A stretch of 64,000 nt of DNA from Hypanus sabinus. Lineage: Eukaryota. Location: positions 1 through 64,000 of the forward strand of contig NW_026779118.1 in the NCBI RefSeq assembly GCF_030144855.1, given 5' to 3'. The translations under genes and the position numbers were made by a program. This document shows positions 23,810 through 37,299 of the stretch, in pieces; within the stretch, counting starts at the first letter, position 1, and every line of letters starts with the position of its first letter. The notes under the pieces were generated by a model. That model did no database searches and had not been told where the DNA came from. It worked only from the letters and a program-made list of their open reading frames with translations.

Positions 23810-25559
23810 CCCGAGAGAGCGGCGCCGGTCTCTGTTACATTCGGAGACTGAGCCTCATTTCCTGGTCTCCAGGAGAGATCCCGGGAGCCCGTTATCTGAA
23901 AAGCCGGAGCTGACTGGAGCGCAGAGCGAGAAGGCGGAGAATGAACCAACTTAAAACGCTGGAGAAGCAGAAGGCTATTCGGCTCTCGATACGCTGGTGT
24001 CGTCCTCTAAAAGATCATGTGGAATTTCCCTCAAAACTATTTTCCTCCGGGATAGGTAGACTGGCTGAGTGTTGTCGTCGCAATAATCTTGCACACAGAG
24101 ACAGCAGGACCAAGGAAGTGACTGTGAACGCCGCGAAGGAGAAGTCGGGAGATCACACACCAGTCCTCATTGAAGGGTCGGCGGTGGTGAGGGTGAGTGG
24201 GTTTAACTCCTTCTGAGAGAATCTCTGATTGGCCTCTCATAGTTACACATTCACAAAGAAAGGTACGTCAGCGTCTGTATTCCATCAAGTGATAGAAGCA
24301 TAGAAACAGAGAATGCCGACAGCACAATAAAGCCCTTTCGACCCACATTGCTTGAAGAGATTTGGTATGGGTATGTCACCAAAAACTGAGAAATGTTCGC
24401 ACATGCAAGGCGGAGAGTATTCTGACTGTTCCCATCACCGTCTGGTGTGCAGACTGCAATGCACAGGATCGACACAGATTGCAGAGGCTTGTGAACAACA
24501 ATCACATTCATCACAGTGCAAGCCTCTTCATACTCGAGAAAATCTTCAAAAGGTGGTTCCTCAGGAATACCGGGTCCATAGTTAAGGGCGATCACCGTCA
24601 GTACCATCAGTACCATTCATTACCATCAGTACCTTAGCGACCTCAGAATTCCTTTTGTATTTGTTAGTTCATTTACTTTTTCATTAGTTAATTAATTTAT
24701 TCGTTCATTCGTCTGTTTATTGACCTAAATATTTTATACAGTTTATGCATATGTAACTTATTAATGTACTGAGGACGCGTTGCGCCACCTGGCGGTTATG
24801 ACAGTAATGATGGGACTTCTCGGAATTGGCCATCCAGATGTAGAAGGATTCTCCATTGTTGGAACGGCCATTGCTGGAGTGGTGAATTGTTAGAGCGGTC
24901 CGGCTTTTGTGAAACAGGCTTAGGCGAGAACACGCCTGGACAAACACAGCCGCATGCTCGAAGTAAGGAGTGATGTTTCAAGTAAGTTCTTTTTTTTTTT
25001 TGTAATTACATAGCTAGTGTGCTGAGGATAGATGCGGAGTCAGTGCCATGTACCTTGTGTGAGATTTAGAGAATTCCGCTCAGTTCCAGGTGCAGTACTT
25101 GCTTTGCTGGGAGTTTATCTTCGACGAGTCCTAACTGTTCATGTGGAGGTCGTATGATCGCTGGTGCATGTAGAGAATTCCCGTGATTTCTGTGCTTAAT
25201 TGGCAGAAGACGCCGACGATAACACCTCAGAAAATGTACATCTAAAAGAGACGAGGTGCAAGATCAGACTCAAGGTTTGACCTTTCTGACCTTGTCTCCG
25301 CATTCCGACACTGCCCCCTTGTGGTGACACTGTGCCACCTGCTTTCCGTGCTGTTGCTCTTCCTACTTTGCCAATGGATGTACGGCCGTCACTGTATTGC
25401 CACCGGCGTCAGTTATCACTGTGTCCAGTTGTGCCTCTTCTTCCCAGACGATATCTTACTGCAGGCCGTCATTACACTTCACTCGACATATCTGCAGCGG
25501 TTTGCCGAGGTACTTGATGAGAAGCCGAAACTCGGTAGGCTCCTGCGGGTTTAAAAGTG

Positions 25560-27572
25560 TTGGCGCGCTTTCCTCGCAATTATATTTATACGCGGTCTCC
25601 AGGACTGGTTCTCGGAGAGAGTCCTACCCAGAAATTTAAAGTTACTGGCCCTCTCACCTTTGATCCTCGGCTGATTACTGGCGCATGGACCTCTGGTTTC
25701 TCAAAGGCCGAACATTTATCTGATGATTACGTCACTTTGCTCTTGACTCCCCTCGGGTGAAAAAAATAGAGCAGGACAGAGCCTTCTGTCATCGATAAAA
25801 AAGTTGAAGTCACTTGTGACGAGCAAGAGAATTCTTCAAAGGCGAACATAGACAAATGATAACAAACCCATTCAGGATAATGAAAGGAAGTCTCAGTATT
25901 CAGAAAAAAGCTAATTTGAACATAACCCGTGTTCACAGAAATGACATAAATGTACTATAAACTACGATTTTAGTAGTGACAGCGCTGTTGACACACTTTT
26001 CTATTCTGTCTACTTTAGTCGTCAAGGGGAAAAACTGTTTATCAGGATCTGGGAAGGTGGAACAGTGTTACAGATAAACTAAAGGTTCTTAAGGGGTTTA
26101 ATAATAAGTTAAGGTCCCGGATTTCTTTATGTCAAATCTGCATTTAAGTCTAAAACGAATAACGTCCCAAGCTTGCCAGAGCATTTTAACGCTTCAGTTA
26201 AAATAATGGAGGACCGTGCCGGTTTATCTGCTTCTGTCACCGAGGGACGTTCTGTGCCCATGCTTGTAAGCGGGATTGCCCACCTCTTCTCTTCACACCG
26301 GCAGCTTCATTTAGAATCACCACCGACTGTTCAGGGAAGCTCCCGAGGTTTTGAGAATGAAATCTGTTTCTCAGTGTGCAGATCTCCGAGCAGGGCGGGC
26401 GTGACTTCGCGAAGTTAAGGAATCGATCCCTTTGTGAATGAAATTCAGCCGCTGGGCATACTGAACGAACCAATCTTGAATCAAATTCAATTAAGCAGGC
26501 AGGGAAAAAAGAGGCGGACGAAATAAAACGTGTCCTCTCCATGATTCCGTAGACTTGTATCCGGGAACTCCTTTTCATGAATTCCAATCCCTGTGACATT
26601 CAGGCTAATATGTCGGTCTCTATGGTAACTTGGTCTACAGAGTCCCTGCTGATATAATCGGACTGCAGTAGAAAGGAATAATTCCATTCCTCTTTCAGTT
26701 CTACTGGCAGAGCCCGTGTCTTGTGCCAATGTAAACATCAACTATTGCACTCTCAGAAAAACAACAATACAATTGTATTCCCCTGTGACGCTAAGGGCCC
26801 AATTCAGATAAAACATGATTCGTAAACATCTAACCGAGACAATATCTCGATTTTCAGGAAAACCTAGTCTGAACATAATCGGTCTGAACAGAAATGACAC
26901 AGGAAATTATAGAGCTGCTGTCAATATTCATTGCAGCAGCGACAGTGCAGACATGTTCCTGCAAATTAGTTGCAGGTACGCAGGTAGCTCATTACATTAG
27001 TTTACATTCAATATTACCGATCACAGAAACAGCATACAATCTCTATTTATGTTGCAGATGGACCAGACAACATCGGGATTAAGCCGTAGGCTCCGGTTTT
27101 CACAGACACTCTCACAAGTCTGAAATTAACTTATTCTGTCCAGTCAGTTCCCAATGTTGCCGATAGATGGCGCAACAGAGCGCATTATCAGCAGGAAGGG
27201 CAGGGAAACAACATCGACTCAGTTATCAACATGTTTTTCTGTAAAGATCAGCTTGCCGCGTAAAGAAAAGCTTCTGCTGAGTTTGCACTTTAATCGAACC
27301 CTTAATCATCCAAGCAATTTTATTTTGTAACTTTGCAATTTTCATGCTGTGCTCTTCTATCGACGTTGGTCACCAGAGGAAAAAAAAACATATGTAGCGA
27401 ATATGGAGCAGAGATGCAGATATCATGGAGGGCCTGAAGGGATTTATTTCGAGGTCAATCTGCCGGAAATCATTATTCATTTAAGTGTAAGGCGAATAAT
27501 ATTTCATGTTTCCCAGAGGACGGAGAACTAAAAAGCAGGTAGAACTCTACGGTTAAAATTATGGCGAAAGGT
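25560..27572 (+). pseudogene. Degenerate plus-strand IgC2 exon relics (A-type about 25790-25990, A-type 26711-26971, B-type from 27058)
   Basis: Residual motifs EPVS, VFPCDAKGPIQ, LNRNDTGNY and DGPDNIGI, with frameshifts and stops. Confidence 0.7.
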
Positions 27573-27710
27573 NNNNNNNNNNNNNNNNNNNNNNNNNNNN
27601 NNNNNNNNNNNNNNNNNNNNNNNNNNNNNNNNNNNNNNNNNNNNNNNNNNNNNNNNNNNNNNNNNNNNNNNNNNNNNNNNNNNNNNNNNNNNNNNNNNNN
27701 NNNNNNNNNN
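27573..27710. other. Assembly gap (138 N)
   Basis: N run adjoining LTR sequence. Confidence 1.
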
Positions 27711-27984
27711 GCGACTGTCTCGACCTGAACCAAACTGAACTGAACTGAATTCTGCGCTATCGTAAGAAAATTCATTTACCCCTAGACTTAGAAAGATCTT
27801 GGTTTTGATTCCTATTTCCACACTTCTGTATACATCATTGCTAACCTCTTTCATATATTTGCATTTTATAGTGCTGTATTACTTAGTTTACTAATAAGCA
27901 CTATTAATAACAGTAATACCAGACTATAACGTATAATTCCATTTCTTCTGGTTCGGTAACCCGGTCACGGGGTGCGTGACAAAT

Positions 27985-28003
27985 TGGAGCCTCAGTCCGG
28001 GAT
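27985..28003 (+). promoter_or_regulatory. Primer-binding site resembling the complement of the tRNA-Pro 3' end
   Basis: TGGAGCCTCAGTCCGGGAT 3 nt after the LTR end; degenerate match to TGGGGGCTCGTCCGGGAT. Confidence 0.6.
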
Positions 28004-28080
28004 TTCAACGTCAAATTGGGGGGTGTTTGAATTGATTGGGGTAAATTCCTTATTTAATTTGGTGTGGAAAAGCAGCAGGA

Positions 28081-30900
28081 ATGGAGTTTGAGGTTAATTT
28101 GATTGTGGCGGATCCAGCCGCTGAGGGGCAGGACTAGGCGAAGAGGGATGTACTGGTGGGAATTGTTGGGAAGTTAAAGATGAAGGTGACCACTCGCATG
28201 AAGAGGGCCCAGGTTCAACAGTTGATACCACAACATGGTGTGGGCGAGGACACATTCGATGAGGAGGCGCTGAGAACGTTTGCTGAGGGGAAAGCGCTTA
28301 CTGAGGCTGAGGTTCAACAGTTGATACCACAACATGGTGTGGGCGAGGGCACATTCGATGTGGAGGCGCTGAGAACGTTTGCTGAGGGGAAAGCGCTTAC
28401 TGAGGCTGAGGTTCAACAGTTGATACCACAACATGGTGTGGGCGAGGGCACATTCGATGTGGAGGCGCTGAGAACGTTTGCTGAGGGGAAAGCGCTGACT
28501 GAGGCTGAGGTTCAACAGTTGATACCACAACATGGTGTGGGCGAGGGCACATTCGATGTGGAGGCGCTGAGAATGTTTGCTGAGGGGAAAGCGCTTACTG
28601 AGGCTGAGGTTCAGCAGTTGATACCACAACATGGTGTGGGCGAGGGCACATTCGATGTGGAGGCGCTGAGAATGTTTGCTGAGGGGAAAGCGCTTACTGA
28701 GGCTGAGGTTCAGCAGTTGATACCACAACATGGTGTGGGCGAGGGCACATTCGATGTGGAGGCGCTGAGAATGTTTGCTGAGGGGAAAGCGCTTACTGAG
28801 GCTGAGGTTCAGCAGTTGATACCACAACATGGTGTGGGCGAGGGCACATTCGATGTGGAGGCGCTGAGAACGTTTGCTGAGGGGAAAGCGCTTACTGAGG
28901 CTGAGGTTCAACAGTTGATACCACAACATGATGTGGGCGAGGGCACATTCGATGTGGAGGCACTGAGAACGTTTGCTGAGGGGAAAGCGCTTACTGAGGC
29001 TGAGGTTCAACAGTTGATACCACAACATGATGTGGGCGAGGGCACATTCGATGTGGAGGCGCTGAGAACGTTTGCTGAGGGGAAAGCGCTTACTGAGGCT
29101 GAGGTTCAACAGCTGATACCACAACATGGTGTGGGCGAGGGCACATTCGATGAGGAGGCTCTGAGAACGTTTGCTGAGGGGAAAGCGCTTACTGAGGCTG
29201 AGGTTCAACAGTTGATACCACAACATGATGTGGGCGAGGGCACATTCGATGTGGAGGCGCTGAGAACGTTTGCTGAGGGGAAAGCGCTGACTGAGGCTGA
29301 GGCTCAACAGTTGATACCACAACATGGTGTGGGCGAGGGCACATTCGATGTGGAGGCTCTGAGAACGTTTGCTGAGGGGAAAGCGCTTACTGAGGCTGAG
29401 GTTCAACAGTTGATACCACAACATAGTGTGGGCGAGGGCACATTCGATGTGGAGACGCTGAGAACGTTTGCTGAGGGGAAAGCGCTTACTGAGGCTGAGG
29501 TTCAACAGGTGATACCACAACATGATGTGGGCGAGGGCACATTCGATGTGGAGGCGCTGAGAACGTTTGCTGAGGGGAAAGCGCTTACTGAGGCTGAGGT
29601 TCAGCAGTTGATACCACAACATGGTGTGGGCGAGGGCACATTCGATGTGGAGGCGCTGAGAACGTTTGCTGAGGGGAAAGCGCTTACTGAGGCTGAGGTT
29701 CAGCTTCAGGCAGACAAAATGAAGTATGAATATGAGTTCCGAGTAAAACAGCTGGAGGTAGAAAGGCCGAGAGAAGAAAGCGCAAAGCAAAGAGAAGAGG
29801 CAGAAAGACAGAGAGAGAGAGGGAGAAAGAGGAAAAGGGAAGAGCCGGCGGGACATCCACAAGGGGAAAAGATAGAGGCAGGTGGAGCTGGATAGGGGGC
29901 CACGTGATAGACCCAGTTCGGGGTTCAAGGTTAGCCAGGAGGTTGCGTTGGATCCCCCATTCGAGGAGATTGTTGTCGGAAGGTATTAGGGAAAGTCGCT
30001 GTGAATCAGAACCGGTCGAAGGAGAAGTGGCCTGTTCTGTTACAGAGTGTTCTTAAGGGGAAGGCTCAGCAAGCCTATTCGGCGTTGTCCGTAGATGAGG
30101 GAAAAGATTATGGTGGAGTAAAAGGGGCTGTACTGAGGAGTTACGAGTTGGTGCCAGAGGCAGACCGACAGAAGTTCCAGAGTTTGAGAAAGCCGTGGGA
30201 CCGCACGTATTTAGAGTTTGCCCGTGAGATGCAAATATGTTGTGATCGCCGGTGCGCCTCGAAAGGGGTCAATGGAGATTTCGATAAAATGAAACAGCTG
30301 ATGCTGATTGAGCAGTTTAAAAGCTGCGTCCCTGAGGGTATGAGGACGTACTTGGACGAGAAGGAGGCAGAAACTCTGTCCGCGACTGTCCGGTGAGCAG
30401 ACGAGTCTGCCTTAACCCACAAGGTAAGATTTCCTCCAAGTAAGAGCCACCGGAGTGGGAGTAGGGATAGTGGAGAAAGCCCGCCGGCGAAGTCCGAGAA
30501 TAAGCCGGGGACTAGTGGAAAGCGTAAGGAGGAGGAAAAGCAGACTGGACGGAAGTTTCCCAGCTTCACGTGTTATAATTGTGGGAAAGCTGGTCATCGC
30601 ATCTGAGCGTCCAGCTCCAAAGAAAGAGACAGGAAGGGGAGAGGCGACAACCACAACGGCCTGTATTAAGCCGGCTGAAATGCCGCTAAAGGAGGAGGAG
30701 CAAAGCCGAGTTCAGGGGGGACGGGAGAAGTTTCTTTTGACCGGGTTGGTATCTGTGAAGGAGGGGTCAACCCCAGAGCCAGTGAGAATCCGGAGAGACC
30801 CCGGGGCTTTTCAGTCCCTCATCCTAAGCAGTGTGTTGGACTTCAGTGCTGAGACCCAGACCGGTGACGTGGTGATGGAAGGGGGTGGAAGAGGGACCGA
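28081..30900 (+). pseudogene. Broken gag-protease region of the Gypsy element
   Basis: ATG at 28081 with TAG at 28135; open 28156-29895; frameshift into SCAN-like capsid (30001-30396); knuckle about 30570; protease relic about 30790. Confidence 0.75.
28213..29700 (+). repeat. 15 x 99-bp in-frame tandem repeat (EAEVQQLIPQHGVGEGTFDVEALRTFAEGKALT) in gag
   Basis: Period 99 from 28213 to 29698 with no indels. Confidence 0.95.
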
Positions 30901-32906
30901 GGCGGTGCCGTTGTGTAAAATATGTATGAAGTGTGAGTTGGTATCCAGACCAGTCACGATCGGGGTGCGGTCCGCACTCCCGATACGTGATGTGGATGTC
31001 TTGACTCGGGAATGACCTGGCGGGGGGTGGGGGGACGTGTTCCCGACAGTTCAGCTCACGAGTCAGCCTGTGAGTGCTGAGGACCCGCCCACAGGTTCTG
31101 GAGATCATCACGCCTGCGCAGTAACCAGGAGCATGGCGAGAAGGAGTGTTGAGAGAAAACCCTGATGTAGCTGAGGCGGACGAGGATTTAGCTGAGACGT
31201 TTTCACCGTCCCTGTATCAGAAGAGGTTAGACGACAGTGAGGCTGAGGAGATAAAGGGGGACGAGACTGATTTACCCTGATCGAGGAAAGATTTTGTGGA
31301 AGAACAGAGGAAAGATGAGAAACAGATGTGGCAGCTCGGGAAGGTCCAGTGTTGGACGCTGATGATTTATAAAGCTTGAAGGAGCTGTTTGCTGTTGATG
31401 AATTTAAGGAGTGTATTTCCGATGATGTAAGGGCATTCCGAGATGTAAAGGATGCCGCTACATTGCAGGAGTCTGCTGCGTTAACAGACGAGGTTGTTTT
31501 AACCCGCAAGGTTTAGTTTACTCCGGATCGGAGTTTCCCAGAGAGTAGCTGGGAGGATCAGAGGAACCTGGAATTTGAGACTGGGACTGGTATTGAAAGC
31601 CTAGAAAATGCAGATGTCCCGTTTGCCTGTGTTCAGGTGGTTGAGGTACCTGAGGATTCACAGGGTACTGAACCTTGTGTTAAAACTCAGGAAAGGTTTG
31701 AGGTGTCTGACTTGATTAAAAAGGAATGCAGTCCTTTTGGGTCAGATGGATTTGGTTCAGTGAGTAAAGGGTTAACCCTGGCACCGGTGGAAAGTGAGGA
31801 TTCTGAGTCACAGTTATTGTAAGGTGTTCTAAAAGTTAGTGATAAGGTGAAAGATGATGATGTGAATATTATTGAAGGAAAAGGGAAAAGTATTGTTACT
31901 GGACTTTTGAATAAAGTACCTGTGAAGTCTGGATTGACTTGGCTGATAGAAACAGCTCTCTCAGATGTTGAGACAGTACATGCTGATTTGTTAAACCATA
32001 TTTTGCAATTTAAAGATAAACAACTTGGTGACTTTGTTCCAGTATGTGATTTTCGAGAGGCAAAACTTGAAGTGTTGTTTTGACCAAGAGGGATCACCTA
32101 CTGGTATTATTATAAGAACTAACTGACTTAAAGATCTTGAAGATAAAATTAATGACTTGCTTAAAATTAATGAGTTGTTTGGCAGTTCAGCAAATGGGCT
32201 CAGTCTGCGAAACATTAGTGATAAGCTCGCACCTGTGCAGGGAGTCTGTGAAGGCCGAATCCGAGCTGGCGAGCAAGCTGATCCCGTGAGGGTTAAGTGC
32301 TCGGCTTCGAAGTGGAAACGAGATAATGGTTGACAAAACTCCACTTTGAATAACAAGATCTGGTTTTGCAGGAATGTGACTTTTTTTGTGTGACACGGCA
32401 TGTGAAGGATGAAGACAAAAATCATGGTAGATTTACTGAATGTTAAGGTTAAAAGGGAAATATAGATTAGTATCTGTATACACTTCTGTAATGTGCTGCA
32501 TGACAGTCGCACATGTATTAGTTTAAACTCTGTAATATCCGCCTCAGTTAAAAACTATTCCACTGTAGAAAAAGAATTACTGTCGCTTATCCTGGCGTTA
32601 CAGCACTTTGAGCTTTACATTTGTCCGGCACAGAAGCCATTGATAGTTTATACTGATCACAACCCATTGGTATTTTTGACAATCATGAAGGATAAGAATA
32701 GGCGACTGGAGTCTGATGTTACAAGAATTTTATATAAAGATACAACATATAAAGGGGACTGACAATGTAATTATCTAGGTGCTAGATTTGAAATTATATT
32801 TGTGTTACTCTGTTGATTAATGACTATTTATGTATTATATTAGATTCTGTAACGTACATTTATGTTTTATTTTTTACCCCCGTAAATATTCTTTTATGGG
32901 TGGGGG

Positions 32907-33475
32907 TGTGATGTGTGATGAGCAAACCAGGCGGAGATGGGGTCCAGAGTTGACCCCCCCTGTGAACTATGCTGCTAATGAGAGAGAGAAAGAAAAAGGG
33001 GAGGGGAGGCACCCAGCGCAGATGTGAGGGAGAGACAAAGATTTAAAGTTATGGCTCCATGGATAATTGTTTACTTTTGCTCGAATGTAAGATTCTTGCT
33101 GAGCCAGCACGGCGGTACCAGGTGATGTACATGGAGTTGATGGATGGCTGGTACCCCGTCAGGGGAGATAAAAGCAAGTCTGCTGAGACACAGGCAGACA
33201 CGCCACGGGACACTGAAAGAGAGTTGTACACCCACGTGACGGTGGGGGGTCTGGAGGATCGATTCGGGGGAATCGATCAGAGGATCACAGTGAGTGAATG
33301 CAGGCCGGTGGGGGCTTGTGTGTGTGTCCACCCTCGCCTGGGTGACAAGCTCACCACTGAAGAACGGTCTGGCTTGGTACGGAGGGGTCACAGTCGGTGA
33401 CCACAACAGAACAAGAAGACAACGGAAGGTTTGCCTGCAACTCTCTCTCTCTCCCCCCCCGCACTCTCTCTCCCT

Positions 33476-33521
<46 letters not shown>

Positions 33522-33704
33522 CTCTCTCCAACGTTACAACAGCAGCTCCCTCGATCTCAACGAAACTAAGCTATACTGAACTGCCTTTTTATAGTACTGT
33601 ATTACTTAGTTTACTAATAAATACCAAGAGGTAAAGTAATACCAGACTCCAGCGTATTATTCCATTTCTGCTGGTTCGGTAACCCGGTCCCGGGGTCCGT
33701 GACA
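32907..33704 (+). mobile_element. 3' LTR of about 0.8 kb with an internal (CT)n tract
   Basis: TG...CA ends, preceded by purine tract ATGGGTGGGGG. Confidence 0.8.
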
Positions 33705-33823
33705 TCACAAAGGACGGAGCCGGCAGCGATCTGCAGCAATTCGATCCACAGAAACTTTATTTCCCATTTCCGGGATAGGGGCAAAAACGCCCAGAGTGAC
33801 GGAGGGGGCGGGCAAGATCGAAC

Positions 33824-33861
<38 letters not shown>

Positions 33862-34842
33862 TCACAGGAGTTAATGTGCATGTGAAGATTACTGGGTTAC
33901 AAATGACTTGCTGGGGCGTGGGTTGTCTGGCCTGTGCTGTGATATTGATTGCAGTCCCATGGAAATGTTTGAATGCTGAGCTGTGAGGGAGTTTGTAACA
34001 CGATACCAGTCTGTTCAGAGACAACATTTTTTTTATAACAAACGAATGAGCCGACTGCAACCTGCAGAAACTGGATTTACGAAACCTTATTAACCCTTTA
34101 CCGGCTGGGGCACAAACGGCCCGTGGGAGATAGAGAGGGCGGGGGCCGAGATTCTCCAGCAGCGACGGCACTGCAGACCACATCAGCCTCTGATCTACGG
34201 TCACTGCTCTGTTCCCGAGTGTGGTTTCTTTTGGGAGATAGGCAAACATGTACAAATTACTGTGAAGACCCGCCGGTTCAGGTACCAGCTGTGGAGAGAG
34301 CCACAGTCTGCGTTCCGGTCCGAGATCCCCGATTAAGGTACCAGGACCCAAGAACATTAGCTGATTCTCCTAGCCAGACGTCGATTCCGACTATTTCTGT
34401 CTGCACATCAGATTTCCATCTGCCACAGGGATTTTATTTTAAATACCAGTTTACTTGGAAACTCATGGAAAACGGAAAATCGAGGCTGCGGTCAAACATT
34501 TGCAAAGACTGCAGAGGTGTGTGAAGCCATGAGGATGACAGGTCGGGTGGATGGTCACAGTTTGTGTGGATCAAGCTGTGTCAAGGAGGGCTGAAGTTAC
34601 AAACAACTGGAGAAGGAAGTAGATGGGATGGGATGTGGACTACGCCCCGGGCAAGTGAGCTAGGTCAGGTCGAAATGAACCTGTGGGCCTGACGGGACTA
34701 TTTGCATTTGTTAATACTCTTGGACAACGGGGAATTCCCGAGGCAGTGGAGTGGAAAGACCTGCGCCGCGGGCAAATGGGCTCGGTCAGTTCGAAATGAA
34801 CCTGTGGGCCTGACGTGAGAATTTGCATTTGTTAATACTCTT

Positions 34843-35065
34843 GTGGAGGTGTGGAATGCACTGCCTCGGAAGACGGTGGAGGCCAATTCTCTGGATGCTT
34901 TCAAGAAGGAGCTGGATAGATATCTGATGGATAGGGGAATCAAGGGATATGGGGACAAGGCAGGGACTGGGTATTGATAGTGAATGATCAGCCATGATCT
35001 CAGAATGGCGGTGCAGACTCGAGGGGCCGAATGGTCTACTTCTGCACCTATTGTCTATTGTCTAT
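34843..35065 (+). mobile_element. Short CR1 3' end inserted in a roughly 120-bp tandem repeat
   Basis: Near-identical to 19355-19568, including the CTATTGT tail. Confidence 0.8.
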
Positions 35066-35838
35066 TCCTGAGGCAGTGGAGTGGAAAGACCTGCGCGGAG
35101 CGGGAAGATTGGCATTCCGATTCCTCAGTCGAGATTCACCCAGGCGGGACGTGTCACATTCTGTCCTCCCTGGTCACGTTTCATGAGAGGAAGAGAGAAC
35201 AAACAAGTAATAACCGTACGAGCACAAGACCGGAATGCGGAAGGGCAAATTAAACAATTCGGCCCATCGAGTCTACCCCGCCATTTAATGATGGATGATG
35301 CTGTTTATTCCTCTGCCCGTAGCCAATCAATATCTCGTCACTCTCTACCTTAAATACTTTGAACAACCTGGCTTCCACATCGCCTTTGGTGACCAATTCT
35401 AGACATTCACCACCCTTTGGCTGAAGAGATTTCTCCGCAGCCCTGTTTCGTATTAGATCATGACTAATGCCTTCACAATCCCCACCGCTATATCCTTCAG
35501 AAACCGGGATACCGTTCACCTGGTCCGTTTTGATTCTGCCCCCCTGATGCCCGATACTCACCCCGCTGGCTGCAATTTTGCCCTGTCACCTGGATGCCCT
35601 TCCTGATAGCCTGTCTGCGAGCTGACTATGCATTCCTATCCTGAGTCCCTTCCCGCATTGATCTGTCCACCCTCACTGGCGAGATGCACAGGTAACAATC
35701 CAGATGTTAACAATCCAGACCCCGTAGGTCCTGCGTCTCAGCTTTCGGCCTGGCTCTCTAAATTCTCTATTCATGACCCCTTTGTTTTTCTTTCCCAATT
35801 GCATTGGTACCAAGCTGTACCAAGTCTTCTGACTGCTC

Positions 35839-35904
<66 letters not shown>

Positions 35905-36626
35905 GCTCCACCTCACAATGCTGCGGACGCGATCTGAGACATCCCTGACACTGGCGCCAAAGTGGTACATACGATCCGAGTGTCCCATTCGCGTCCACAG
36001 GGTTTCCTGTGTGTTCCTCTGACTGTTGAGGCCCCTGTCACTACCGCTTTTCTCTTCTCATTCTTCCCGTTCTCCACCACGGACCCATGCTGGGAAGCAG
36101 GAACATCGTCTCCGCCGCATTCCCCTGGGCGGTCTGTCTCGACACAGTACTCAAAACGGTACACTTAATATTGAGGAGAATGGCCACGGTGGTGCTCTGC
36201 ACCAACTGACAGCTCATATTTCTCTTCCTATTGCCAGTCACACAGCAATTCACCTACTACAAATCAGGGGTGATTACTCCCCTATAACTCTGACGGTCGC
36301 CCACCTGCTGCTCCAGATCCCTGATGCGGTCTTTAGGGAGCTTCAGATAGACACACCTCACGTAAATGCAGTTTCCTGCGGGACCCTGGGTCTCCCAGGT
36401 CTCCAACATCCGGCAGTTAGGCCACACAACAACAATTTACCAGTCCAGGGACAGTAAGAGGAAATCAATTGGAACCTTAGTGGAAGCTTCACAGACACAA
36501 CGACCTTTCCAAGATGGAACCTGACAGACCAACTCTAACCACTGGCCTACGACTCCCAGAAATAGCCACCCCAACAATGGCCACCCTGTTACTACCTTCC
36601 GTACAAGGTAGTGAGTGGAGTGCGTA

Positions 36627-36627
<1 letters not shown>

Positions 36628-36700
<73 letters not shown>

Positions 36701-36895
36701 ACTGTCTATGCGTGTGTGTGTATGTTTGTGTGTTTATGTGTGTGCTTGTCTGTGTCTGTGTGTGTATGTTTGCGTGCGTATGCTTGTGTGTGTGTCTATG
36801 TGTCGGTGTGTGTTCGTGTGTGTCTGTGTTTATATGTGTGTGCGTGTGTGAGTGTATGTGTGTGTGTCTGTGCGGTTGAGTGTGTGAGTGTTTGA
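36628..36895. repeat. Compound (TG)n microsatellite (others: (TC)n 18861-18933, 33440-33530, 35840-35905; (TG)n 33828-33860)
   Basis: Directly visible in the sequence. Confidence 0.95.
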
Positions 36896-37299
36896 GAGAT
36901 AAATTAATGTGGATGTGAAGTAGTACGGGTTACAGAAGACTTGTTGGGGGATGTGTTCTGTGGCCTGTGGTGTGATATTTATTACAGCTCTGTGGAAATG
37001 TTTGAATGCTTGGCTGTGGGGGAGGTTGTAACTAAATACCAGTTTGTTCAGAGCCTAATTCTGCCACAACAAAGGACGGATCTGATTGAAATCTGCAGAA
37101 ATTAGATCCACAGCAACCTTATGAACCCTTCATTGGATCGGAACACAAGCGCCATGAGGGAGGCGGAGCGCAGGGCGAGGCTGAACACGGTTTCTGCAGC
37201 TGCGCCTCTGAAGATCACATCTGTCCCTGATCTCCAATCACTGCTCTGTTCCCGAGTGTCTTTTCCTCCGTGAAACAGGCACAAATGTGCAAATTACTG

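Larger units (their letters stand above)
27711..33704 (+). mobile_element. Internally deleted Gypsy LTR retrotransposon, Gmr1-like
   Basis: 5' LTR remnant ending CGTGACA at 27981; tRNA-Pro-like PBS; gag with SCAN-like LIEQF motif and decayed CYNCGKAGH knuckle; RRDPGA protease relic; RNase H (YSTVEKELL...VYTDHNPL, 32493-32762) directly before the PPT; 3' LTR about 32907-33704. Confidence 0.85.

Noticed and set aside
24796-24981. Alternative leader upstream of N1
   Set aside because: No hydrophobic core or phase-1 donor; the true leader is at 23758-23809
28174-29928. 584-aa minus-strand ORF
   Set aside because: Antisense shadow of the 99-bp gag repeat; the unit simply lacks a stop in that frame
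36611-36895. Cys/Val-rich ORFs (also ERER/SLSL ORFs at 18796, 33397 and 35767)
   Set aside because: Translations of dinucleotide microsatellites
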